Part shown: positions 49,698 to 58,093 of the stretch, piece after piece
Numbering within the stretch: position 1 is the first letter of the stretch
Layout of the letters: the number at the start of each line of letters is the position of its first letter
Position numbers and translations under genes: made by a program
Source: Deltaproteobacteria bacterium
GTDB taxonomy: Bacteria; Desulfobacterota; Binatia; DP-6
Direction: 5' to 3'
Length of the DNA: 64,000 nucleotides
Assembly: GCA_005879795.1 (NCBI GenBank)
Contig: VBKJ01000135.1
Span: forward strand, 286 to 64,285
Notes under the pieces: model-generated
Told to the model about the DNA's origin: nothing
The model's input: only the letters and a program-made list of their open reading frames with translations
Database searches by the model: none

Positions 49698-50977
49698 AGA
49701 CGCGCCCGGCGCGGATCTTCCACGGCTGGTGGATCGTTCTGGTGGCCTTCATCTGCCACGCCGTCAACACGGGCATGATCTTCTATGCCTGGGGTGTCTT
49801 CTTCACGCCGCTGGCCGCGGCCTTCGGCGGGCACGTGCCGGTGGCGAGCGGCTTCTCGGCGCTCCAGTTCGCCGCCGCCGGCTACTCGCTCCTCGTCGGC
49901 CGGGCCGTCGACCGGCACGGCGCGCGCCCGGTCGAGATCGTGGGCGCGCTCGTACTGGCGGCGGGCTTCCTCCTGCTCTCTCGTGCGCACTCGCTCGCCG
50001 CGCTCTATCTCTGCCTGGCCGGCCCGGTCGCGCTCGGCTCCACCTGCATCGGTCACCTGCCCAACAACTCCGCGGTGGCGCGCTGGTTCGTGCGCCGGCG
50101 CGGCCGGGCGCTCGGCATCGCGACCGCCGGCATCTCGGCGGGCGGGATCGTGTTCGCGCCGCTCGCCGAGCGCCTCGTCTCGGCCTTCGGCTGGCGGGCG
50201 GCGTTCGCCGTGCTCGGCGTGCTGGAGGCGGCGATCGTCCTCCCTCCCGTGATGCTCCTCATGCGCCGCGACCCCGCCGACCTGGGCCTCCTCCCCGACG
50301 GGCTCCCCGCCGCGGGCCACGCCTCGCCCGCCGACCTGGCGCTCGCAGAGCACGAGATCGAGCGCTCGGTCCGGCCGGAGGCGGCGGTCCGGCAGGCGAA
50401 CTTCTGGCTGCTGGCGGCGGCGTTCAGCCTCACCATGGCGGGCCTCGCCTCGGTGCTGCTCTACCAGATGCCCTTGCTCGTGGACCGCGGGCTGCCCGAG
50501 TCGGTCGCCTCGCTCGTCCTCGGCGCGACCGCGGCCATGGGCGTGGTGGGGAAGCTCGGCTTCGGCGCGTTGCTCGACCGCTTCGACCAGCGGCGCGTGG
50601 CCGCCGTGTGCTTCTGCCTGCAGAGCGCCGGCGTCCTCCTCCTCTGGACGACGCGCAGCGAGCCGCTGCTCGCCTGCTACGTCGTCCTCTACGGCTACGC
50701 GATGGGCGGCAACGCGACGCTGCTCGCGAGCCTCAACGCGGCGGCCTTCGGCCGCCTCCACTACGGCGCGATCGCGGGCCGCATGAGCCCTCTCCTGGTC
50801 CTCGCGCAGGGGATCGGCGTGCCGGCGACGGGCTACCTCCGCGACCACACGGGGAGCTACGGGCCCGTGCTCGGGACGGTGCTCGCGGCGAGCCTCCTCG
50901 CCGCGGGCATCGTGCTCCGCGTACGCCTCCCGGGGCGCTTGCAGCCCGTAGCGGCTTCGCATACGAACCCGCGCTGA
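49694..50977 (+). CDS. MFS transporter (oxalate/formate or MCT-like)
   Basis: FHGWWIV, GRAVDRHGAR, RWFVRRRGRALGI; about 12 TM; GTGA overlap with the GNAT gene. Confidence 0.9.
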   Translation: MKTRPARIFHGWWIVLVAFICHAVNTGMIFYAWGVFFTPLAAAFGGHVPVASGFSALQFAAAGYSLLVGRAVDRHGARPVEIVGALVLAAGFLLLSRAHSLAALYLCLAGPVALGSTCIGHLPNNSAVARWFVRRRGRALGIATAGISAGGIVFAPLAERLVSAFGWRAAFAVLGVLEAAIVLPPVMLLMRRDPADLGLLPDGLPAAGHASPADLALAEHEIERSVRPEAAVRQANFWLLAAAFSLTMAGLASVLLYQMPLLVDRGLPESVASLVLGATAAMGVVGKLGFGALLDRFDQRRVAAVCFCLQSAGVLLLWTTRSEPLLACYVVLYGYAMGGNATLLASLNAAAFGRLHYGAIAGRMSPLLVLAQGIGVPATGYLRDHTGSYGPVLGTVLAASLLAAGIVLRVRLPGRLQPVAASHTNPR

Positions 50978-50979
50978 CC

Positions 50980-51366
50980 ATGCGCGGGCTCGTCATCCGC
51001 TGGCTGGTGAGTGCGACCGCCCTCTATCTCACGAGCCTGATCGTGCGCGGCATCGATATCCAGGGGGTCACGGCTCTCCTCTTCGCCGCCATCACGATCG
51101 GCGTGCTCAACGCCCTCGTGCGTCCCGTGATCCTGATCCTCACGCTGCCGCTCAACATCCTCACCCTGGGGCTGTTCACGCTGGTGGTGAACGCCGGCAT
51201 GCTGTGGATGGCGTCCAAGGTGGTGATCGGGTTCAGCGTGCACGGTTTCTGGTCGGCGCTCGGCGGCTGGCTGCTCATGTCGTTCTTCACCTTCCTCATC
51301 AACCTCCTGATCGGCGAGACGGGGAAGATCGAGATCGTGCACGTGCGGCAGGTCGTCCGCTTCTGA
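50980..51366 (+). CDS. YvlD-like 4-TMS membrane protein (phage holin superfamily IV)
   Basis: GVLNALVRPVILILTLPLNILTLGLFTLVVNA. Confidence 0.88.
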   Translation: MRGLVIRWLVSATALYLTSLIVRGIDIQGVTALLFAAITIGVLNALVRPVILILTLPLNILTLGLFTLVVNAGMLWMASKVVIGFSVHGFWSALGGWLLMSFFTFLINLLIGETGKIEIVHVRQVVRF

Positions 51367-52538
51367 TGCGCTACGCGTACACGTCCGAGCAGCTCGCGTG
51401 GCGTGACGAGGTGCGCCGCTTCCTCGCGACGGCCGTCACGCCGGCGCTGGTCGCTGAGATGCGCCAGGCGGGCAACGAGGGGGACGGACCGCTGGCGCGC
51501 GCCTTTCACCAGCAGATGTTCGAGAAGGGCTGGTGGGCCATCGGCTGGCCGACGGAGTTCGGCGGCCTCGGCAAGTCCGCGGTCGAGCAGTACATCTTCA
51601 TCGAGGAGATGATGGCGGCGGGCGCGCCCGCCATGCGGCTTGCGGTGAGCTCGGTGGCGCCCACCATCCTGCGCGTCGGCACGGAGGAGCAGAAGGCGCA
51701 CTGGCTGCCGCCCATCCTCCGGGGCGAGATCGACTTCGCCGTCGCGTACTCGGAGCCCGACGCGGGGACGGACCTGGCGAATGTGAAGACCCGCGCCGTC
51801 CTCGACGGCGACGAGTGGGTCATCAACGGGCAGAAGATCTGGAACACCGGCGCGCATACCGCGAGCCACAACTGGGTCGCGGTCCGCACCGAGCCCGAGG
51901 CACCCAAGCACAAGGGCATCTCGATGATCATCGTGCCCATGGACCGCCCGGGCATCACCGTGCAGCCGCTCTGGACCTGGTCCGGCATACGCACCAACGC
52001 GGTCTTCTTCGAGGACGTGCGCGTGCCGCGCGATCACCTGGTGGGGGAGCGCGGCATGGGCTTCTACTACGCCATGATGGCGCTCGACTTCGAGCGCATC
52101 ATGATCGGCTCGGTGGGGATGATCCGCCGCATGCTGGACGAGCTGATCGCCTTCGTGCGGCGCACGAAGCGGGACGGGCGCCCGCTCGGCTCCGTCCCGT
52201 GGGTGCGGCGCGCGCTCGCCGACCTCGAGATGCGCGTCGAGGTGGGCCGGCAGATCGGGCTCCTCAACGCCTGGCTCATCGACCAGGGCGAGGTGCCGAC
52301 CAAGGAGGGCTCGATCGCCAAGGTCTACGTGAGCGAGCTGAACGCGCATCTCGCCTCGGTCGGCATGGAGATCCTCGGGCTGGCCGGCCAGCTGGCGCCC
52401 GACGACCCGGCTGCGCCGCTCGCGGGGCGCCTCCAGTGGCTCTACACGACCGCGCCGATGCAGCGCTTCGGGGGCGGCACCAACGAGATCCAGCGCGCCA
52501 TCATCGCGCAGCGCGGGCTCGGGCTGCCGCGGAAGTAG
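51366..52538 (+). CDS. Acyl-CoA dehydrogenase (probable catalytic subunit)
   Basis: YSEPDAGTDLA, WVINGQKIW, LDFER, FGGGTNEIQR. Confidence 0.93.
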   Translation: MRYAYTSEQLAWRDEVRRFLATAVTPALVAEMRQAGNEGDGPLARAFHQQMFEKGWWAIGWPTEFGGLGKSAVEQYIFIEEMMAAGAPAMRLAVSSVAPTILRVGTEEQKAHWLPPILRGEIDFAVAYSEPDAGTDLANVKTRAVLDGDEWVINGQKIWNTGAHTASHNWVAVRTEPEAPKHKGISMIIVPMDRPGITVQPLWTWSGIRTNAVFFEDVRVPRDHLVGERGMGFYYAMMALDFERIMIGSVGMIRRMLDELIAFVRRTKRDGRPLGSVPWVRRALADLEMRVEVGRQIGLLNAWLIDQGEVPTKEGSIAKVYVSELNAHLASVGMEILGLAGQLAPDDPAAPLAGRLQWLYTTAPMQRFGGGTNEIQRAIIAQRGLGLPRK

Positions 52539-52540
52539 GG

Positions 52541-53677
52541 ATGCAGCTCGCGCCGACGGAAGAGCAGGAGGCGATCCGGCAGGCGGCGCGCCGCTTCCTC
52601 GCCGCCGAGATCACGCGCGAGCGGCGCCTCGCGTGGGACCGCACCCCCGAGGGGCACGACCCGGCATTCTGGGAGGCGGTCGCCCGCCTCGGCTGGTTCG
52701 GCTACGGGCTCCCCGCGGCCCACGGGGGGCAGGGGGCGTCGCTGCTCGATGTGGGGCTGCTCGTCGAGGAGCTCGGCCGCGCCGCCGCTCCCTTCGGCGT
52801 CTTCGCGGCGATCGCGGGCGGGCTCGCTCTCGCGGCGCTCGGCACGCCGGCGCAGAGGCGCGAGTGGCTGCCAGCCATCGCGCGCGGCGAGAAGCTGGTG
52901 ACGCTCGCGGTCGCGGAGGAGAGCGCGAGCGCAGCCCCCGCCGCCTTCGCGACCGTCGTGCGCCGAGGCGGCCAGACCCTGCGCCTCGAGGGCGAGAAGC
53001 GCTACGTCCTCCAGGGCGTGACCGCCGCCGCCTTCCTGATCGCGGCGCGCGATGGGCGGGGCGTGTCGGCCGTCCTCGTCCCGGCCGACGCGCCGGGCGT
53101 GAGCGTCCGGCCGCAGAAGACCTTCGGCAAGGACCGGCAGAGCGCCGTGCGCTTCCGGGACGTGGCGCTGCCGCGGAGCGCGCTCGCGGGACGGCCCGGG
53201 GCCGCCTGGCCGCGTTTCGCCGCGCTGCGCGCGCGGCTCGCCGCCCTCCTCTGCGCCGACATGATCGGTGGCGCCGGCGCGGTCCTCGAGATGACGACCC
53301 GCTACGTGTGCGAGCGCGAGCAGTTCGGCGTGAAGCTCGGCACCTTCCAGGCCGTGCAGCAGATGGTGGCGGTGATGGCGATCGAGCTCGAGGGCGCGCG
53401 GCACGTGACCCGCCAGGCGCTCTGGCGCCTCGCCGAGGGCCTGCCGGCGGCGCGCGAGGTCGCGGTCGCGAAGGCGTGGACGGGTCGCGCCTACCGCGAG
53501 GCAACGCTCACCGCCCACCAGCTCCACGGCGGCGCGGGCTATGTGATCGAGCACGAGCTGCACCGCTACTCGGCGCGCGCCAAGGAGGCCGAGCTGCGCT
53601 TCGGCTCGACCGAGGAGTGGCTCGAGGCGCTCGCCGACGAGCTGCGGCTCGCGCGCGACGGCGCCCGCTCGCGATAG
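52541..53677 (+). CDS. Acyl-CoA dehydrogenase (probable partner subunit)
   Basis: REQFGVKLGTFQAVQ, HQLHGGAGY; lacks the SEP and GGTxE motifs. Confidence 0.9.
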   Translation: MQLAPTEEQEAIRQAARRFLAAEITRERRLAWDRTPEGHDPAFWEAVARLGWFGYGLPAAHGGQGASLLDVGLLVEELGRAAAPFGVFAAIAGGLALAALGTPAQRREWLPAIARGEKLVTLAVAEESASAAPAAFATVVRRGGQTLRLEGEKRYVLQGVTAAAFLIAARDGRGVSAVLVPADAPGVSVRPQKTFGKDRQSAVRFRDVALPRSALAGRPGAAWPRFAALRARLAALLCADMIGGAGAVLEMTTRYVCEREQFGVKLGTFQAVQQMVAVMAIELEGARHVTRQALWRLAEGLPAAREVAVAKAWTGRAYREATLTAHQLHGGAGYVIEHELHRYSARAKEAELRFGSTEEWLEALADELRLARDGARSR

Positions 53678-53692
53678 GAGGCTCTCAGCGCC

Positions 53693-54628
53693 ATGCGCTT
53701 CGGCATCCACGCCGGCCCCCAGGACTGCTCGATCGCCGATCTCCGCCGTCTCTGGCGGATCGCCGACGAGCGCGGCTTTCACTGGTGCTCGGTCTGGGAC
53801 CACCTCTTCTCGGTGTCCGACCTCTCCGACCCGGCGAAGCCTGCCTTCGAGGGTGTGGCGACCATGGCCGCGCTCGCCTCGGAGACGAAGCGAGTGCGGG
53901 TCGGCTGCCTGGTCTTCTGCGTCTGCTACCGACCCGTCGGTCTTCTCGCGAAGGCGGCGGTCACCATCGATCACCTGAGCGGCGGGCGCTGCGAGCTCGG
54001 CATCGGGGCGGGATGGAACGAGATCGAGGCGCGCGCCTTCGGCATCCCGTTCCCGTCGATCAAGGAACGGCTCGACCGGCTCGAGGAGACGGCGAAGACC
54101 CTGCGCGCCCTCTTCGACGGCGAGCGCGTCACGCTCGCGGGCCGGCAGCTCCATCTCGAGGACGCGCTCTGCGAGCCGCGGCCGCTGCAGCCGCGCCTGC
54201 GCCTCTGGATCGGCGGGCAGGGGGAGAAGCGTCTTCTCCGGCTCGTGGCGCGCCACGCCGACGGCTGGAACGTGCCCTTCCTCGCGCCGGAGATATTCGC
54301 ACAGCGCAACGCGACACTCGACCGCTGGTGCGAGCGCGAGGGCCGCGACCCGCGCGCCATCACGCGCACCGTCAACCTGGGCCTGGCCCTCGGCCGGGAC
54401 GTGGCTCAGGTCCGCCGGCAGGAGGAGAGCCTGCGTCTCATGTTCGGTCCGATGACGGATTTCGTGCGGCCGGGCATCCTGGTCGGCACGCCGCCTCAGG
54501 TGGTCGAGCGCGTCCGGGAGTACGCCGCCGCCGGGGCGGAATGGGTCATCCTGGCCCTCCGGGCCCCCTTCGACTGGGAGGGCCTCGACCTCTTCATTCA
54601 AAAAGTAATGCCGGAGTTCCCGGCCTGA
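53693..54628 (+). CDS. LLM-class oxidoreductase, probably F420-dependent
   Basis: MRFGIH, VWDHL, ELGIGAGWN, WIGGQGEK. Confidence 0.88.
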   Translation: MRFGIHAGPQDCSIADLRRLWRIADERGFHWCSVWDHLFSVSDLSDPAKPAFEGVATMAALASETKRVRVGCLVFCVCYRPVGLLAKAAVTIDHLSGGRCELGIGAGWNEIEARAFGIPFPSIKERLDRLEETAKTLRALFDGERVTLAGRQLHLEDALCEPRPLQPRLRLWIGGQGEKRLLRLVARHADGWNVPFLAPEIFAQRNATLDRWCEREGRDPRAITRTVNLGLALGRDVAQVRRQEESLRLMFGPMTDFVRPGILVGTPPQVVERVREYAAAGAEWVILALRAPFDWEGLDLFIQKVMPEFPA

Positions 54629-54668
54629 CCGTTCGGGCAGGCTTTTCGACGGCTCGGCCCGAAGGGTG

Positions 54669-54696
54669 TTGACCGCCCGGGTTGCCGGGCTACGAT
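54669..54696 (+). promoter_or_regulatory. Sigma70-like promoter TTGACC-N16-TACGAT
   Basis: Ends 22 bp upstream of ATG 54719, which has an AGGAGG SD. Confidence 0.5.
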
Positions 54697-54718
54697 GTCA
54701 CGCACCCAGGAGGGAGCC

Positions 54719-55918
54719 ATGTCAAGCGTCCGCCGTCTTTCCCTCGTCCTGGCCCTCGCGACCGCAACCGCGCTCGCCGTGACGCCGCCGGCCCACGCGC
54801 GCCGTACCATGAAGCTCAAAGTCCCGCGCTTCGTGGTGCCGCCGCGCAGTGACCGCGAGGTGTGCACCTTCGTCCGCCTGCCGATGCGCAAGACCTTCGA
54901 CCTGGGCGGCTCGGTCATCGCGAACGTCGGTATGAACTCGACCTTCACCAGCCATCACTTCCTCATCTGGGTGTACAACGGGACCGACCTGAACGCCTTC
55001 CCGCCCAAGGGCCAGCTGGTCGACAGCAAGGCCTGCCTCGACTTCGGTCCCACGGACACGAACCGGCGCACGTTGATCGGTGGCTCGCAGCAGCCGTTCC
55101 TCCAGGTGCGCCTGCCCGAAGGCCTGGGGCAGCAGATCGAGCCAACCGTGAGCGGCGATCAGCGGGCGGCCGGCATCATCCTGAACTCCCACTGGATCAA
55201 CGGCTCGAACGCGCCGCAGCGCGCCGCGGTGAAGATCAAGCTGATGGCGGCACCGAAGCACTCGGTGCGCCAGTACGTGCTCCCGCTCTTCGACGTGGTC
55301 GCCAACGGGTTCATCGATGTACCGCCGGGCCAGAAGACGTCCGTGCACTGGGACTGGCGGCCCAAGGGGCTCGATTTCGGCGGCTCGCTCGGCGGCGGCG
55401 CCTTCCCGAAGGGCCCCGCCTGCGTCACCTCGCTCACCTCGCACATGCACAAGCGCGGCACGCTCTTCACCATCGAGTTCCTCGACGGCAGCACGGTGGT
55501 CGAGTGTGGACCACAAGGGACAACAACGTGTCTGACCGCCACGGACTACGCTGACCCGCCGCAGATCCCGTTCGACCCGCCGCTCCTCGTTAACGTGGGC
55601 CAGGGTCTGCGCTACACGTGCACGCACGCCAACGGCACGGACGGCCGCCCGATCAAGATGGGCTGCGAGGAGCAGCCCGGCGTGACCCCCGGCGTGTCCG
55701 CGGCGACCGCGCTCTTCTCCCACCGCGGCTTCACGGGTGCGGCCAAGCGCTGCGAGACCGACGCCGACTGCGCCGGCTTCGGTACGGGCAAGTGCGTCCC
55801 GGCGAACCTCGTCTTCGGCTTCACCTCCGACGACGACATGTGCATCATGCCCGGCGCGTGGTACCCCGCGAACGCGGCCGGCAACTGCGACCTGAGCGGC
55901 CTCCCCCTGCTGAACTAG
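54719..55918 (+). CDS. Secreted copper type II (PHM/DBH-like) monooxygenase homolog 1
   Basis: Signal peptide ending AHA; SHHF, LNSHW, SHMHKRG and DDMC in the order of the CuH and CuM ligands. Confidence 0.8.
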   Translation: MSSVRRLSLVLALATATALAVTPPAHARRTMKLKVPRFVVPPRSDREVCTFVRLPMRKTFDLGGSVIANVGMNSTFTSHHFLIWVYNGTDLNAFPPKGQLVDSKACLDFGPTDTNRRTLIGGSQQPFLQVRLPEGLGQQIEPTVSGDQRAAGIILNSHWINGSNAPQRAAVKIKLMAAPKHSVRQYVLPLFDVVANGFIDVPPGQKTSVHWDWRPKGLDFGGSLGGGAFPKGPACVTSLTSHMHKRGTLFTIEFLDGSTVVECGPQGTTTCLTATDYADPPQIPFDPPLLVNVGQGLRYTCTHANGTDGRPIKMGCEEQPGVTPGVSAATALFSHRGFTGAAKRCETDADCAGFGTGKCVPANLVFGFTSDDDMCIMPGAWYPANAAGNCDLSGLPLLN

Positions 55919-55943
55919 GCTTGGCGGCCGGCGGGTGCGACGC

Positions 55944-56636
55944 TCACTGCCGCGGCGACCAGCCCGCGCAGCGCAGGAGCTTCGATTCCCAGCGGTCGCG
56001 GTAGCGCAGGCCCTCCTCCATCCAGCCACCGGGCTCGGCGGGCGGCTCGCCCCGGGTGAGCAGGCGCGAGAACTGGCTCCAGTCCTCGATCCTCTGGAGC
56101 AGGACGACCTCGTGGTGGCGGCCCGTGCCGGGCGCGACGGTCCAGCACGCCGCCACCGAGATCATGTGCGTGCGCCGCGTCTGCGGGTAGAAGATGGTGC
56201 CCAGCGCCTCGACGTAGTCCTCGAGCTTGCCGGCGAAAGGCCAGCCGGTATCGTGGAGGTAGAGCGCGGGGGTCTCGGTCTGGTTTGCGGAGGGCGCGGC
56301 CGCGAGGTCGACCTCCCGGAGCGGCGACCAGGGAACGGGCAGCAGGATCTTCGCCGTCACCTCGCGGCGGAGCGTCCACACCCGGCGCTGCCAGGCGCGG
56401 AAGCGCGGATCGCTCGCCCCGCGCGCGACCAGCGCGCCCCACGTGGCCCAGTCGCGCACGGCGGTGATCGACACGGCCTGGTAGCTGGCGCCGGTGCCGT
56501 GCGCGAGCTGCCAGAACCAGAGGAGGCGCGCGCCGTCGCCCTCCTCGACGAGCGGGCGCCACTCCGCGCGCACCGCCTCGCCGAACTCCGCCATCTTGCC
56601 GCCCAGGATCTCGTGCACCTCGTGGACGTAGATCAT
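55944..56636 (-). CDS. NIPSNAP-like duplicated dimeric alpha/beta barrel protein
   Basis: MIYVHEVHEI, two similar halves (GTGASYQAVSI / GTGRHHEVVLL), ESKLL. Start refined to 56636. Confidence 0.65.
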   Translation of the reverse strand: MIYVHEVHEILGGKMAEFGEAVRAEWRPLVEEGDGARLLWFWQLAHGTGASYQAVSITAVRDWATWGALVARGASDPRFRAWQRRVWTLRREVTAKILLPVPWSPLREVDLAAAPSANQTETPALYLHDTGWPFAGKLEDYVEALGTIFYPQTRRTHMISVAACWTVAPGTGRHHEVVLLQRIEDWSQFSRLLTRGEPPAEPGGWMEEGLRYRDRWESKLLRCAGWSPRQ

Positions 56637-56796
56637 GGCGCCCGCCATAGCGAGATGCCATCGCCTCGCGCAAGGCACGCGGCGCGATCTCGCCGCAAGC
56701 GCTCGCTTTTTGCCGCCGTGCTGGGGCGAGCGCCGCGTCGAACCGCGCGGGCGGGCGCCGCTGCTCGTGGCACGTCGGTTGCTCAGTCGAGCCCCC

Positions 56797-57015
56797 ATGC
56801 CTGAGACCACGCGCAGCCTGATCCGCACTCTCCGCCAGCAGCTCGGCATGACGCAAGAGGAGTTCGCGCACCAGATCGCGGTCACCGTCTCGACCGTCAA
56901 CCGGTGGGAGAACTCGCATGCCGAGCCCTCGAAGCTCGCCTGGAAGGCGATCCGCGACCTGGCGACGCAGCGCGGCCTGCCGACGGACACGGGAACCGCG
57001 AGCGGAACGTACTGA
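56797..57015 (+). CDS. Small XRE/HTH_3 DNA-binding protein
   Basis: IRTLRQQLGMTQEEFA...STVNRWEN..AEPS. Start refined to 56797. Confidence 0.88.
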   Translation: MPETTRSLIRTLRQQLGMTQEEFAHQIAVTVSTVNRWENSHAEPSKLAWKAIRDLATQRGLPTDTGTASGTY

Positions 57016-57072
57016 CCGACCGGTCCGCCCCCCGCTTGACCCATCCGGGTCCGTGCGGGACAAGCGAGGCCG

Positions 57073-58044
57073 ATGGTACGGGCGTCCCCTCTCGTCCTCG
57101 TACTGCTCGCCCTGCCCGCGCTCGCCTCCGCCGCGACCTTCCGCGCCCATCTCCGCCGACCGCGACACGGGCTCCAGATCCGCCTCTCCCCCATCACGGT
57201 CGCGCCCCGCTCGGAGCGCGAGGTCTGCCAGCTGGTCACGCTCCGCAACCGCCGCGCCATGGATGTGAGCGAGATCACGATGGCGATGCCGAGCGGCGCC
57301 ACCTACGCGAGCCATCACTTCGCGATCTTCCTCTACCAGGGCGAGAACCCCGAGCGCATCCCGAAGGGGCCGTTCGACCGCGTCGGCTGCGCCGGGGTCG
57401 GCGACCAGATCGTGTCGCCGATCGTCGCCTTCGTGCAGCGCCCCCGGCAGACGATCCGTTTCCCCGCCGGCGTGGGGGTCGGGCTCGGGCCGCACCAGCG
57501 CCTGCTCCTCAACTCCCACTATCTCAACGGCGGCACCGAGCGGGTGACCGTCGACGTCGCGGTCGACTTCCGCGCCGCGCGCAAGGGGACGGTGCGCCAC
57601 CACACGCGGAGCTTCCAGCTCGGCACGCTCGCCATCGACGTGCCCCCCGGTCAGGCGGGCAGCGCGAGCGCCTCGTGGCTCGCGCCGTTCCCGATGAACG
57701 TCGTGTGGGTCAGCACGCACAGCCACAAGCACACGCAGTCGGTGGACGTCGACCTGGTCCGCCAGGGCGTGGTCGGGCCGCGGGAGCTGGAGACGCTCTC
57801 CTACTCGGAGCCCACGGTGAAGCTGTACGACACGCCGCTCCGCCTCGAGGCGGGCGACGGATTCCACTGGACGTGCAACTACCGGAACGACACGCCGACC
57901 CGGCTCACCTTCGGCGTCACCAGCAACGACGAGATGTGCTTCACGGTGGGCTTCTTCTACCCGGACGACGACGCGGCGCCGCTGCCGCCCGTGGCGCGCT
58001 GCTTCGGGGGCGGCGGCGGGCTCGTCTGCCCGTTCAATCACTGA
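57073..58044 (+). CDS. Secreted copper type II (PHM/DBH-like) monooxygenase homolog 2
   Basis: Signal peptide ending ASA; SHHF, LNSHY, THSHKH and DEMC. Confidence 0.8.
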   Translation: MVRASPLVLVLLALPALASAATFRAHLRRPRHGLQIRLSPITVAPRSEREVCQLVTLRNRRAMDVSEITMAMPSGATYASHHFAIFLYQGENPERIPKGPFDRVGCAGVGDQIVSPIVAFVQRPRQTIRFPAGVGVGLGPHQRLLLNSHYLNGGTERVTVDVAVDFRAARKGTVRHHTRSFQLGTLAIDVPPGQAGSASASWLAPFPMNVVWVSTHSHKHTQSVDVDLVRQGVVGPRELETLSYSEPTVKLYDTPLRLEAGDGFHWTCNYRNDTPTRLTFGVTSNDEMCFTVGFFYPDDDAAPLPPVARCFGGGGGLVCPFNH

Positions 58045-58093
58045 GGGCTTCCAGCCGCCCCCCGCGCCTACCGCCTGGTGTGGAGCGCCCCTG

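Noticed and set aside
50980-51366. Holin-family gene as evidence of a prophage
   Set aside because: YvlD-like genes are common chromosomal genes; it is embedded in a metabolic operon with no phage genes nearby.
54675-54690. GCCCGG/CCGGGC dyad in the promoter spacer as a MerR/CueR operator
   Set aside because: The spacer is 16 bp rather than the 19 bp typical of MerR promoters, and a 6 bp GC dyad is expected by chance here.
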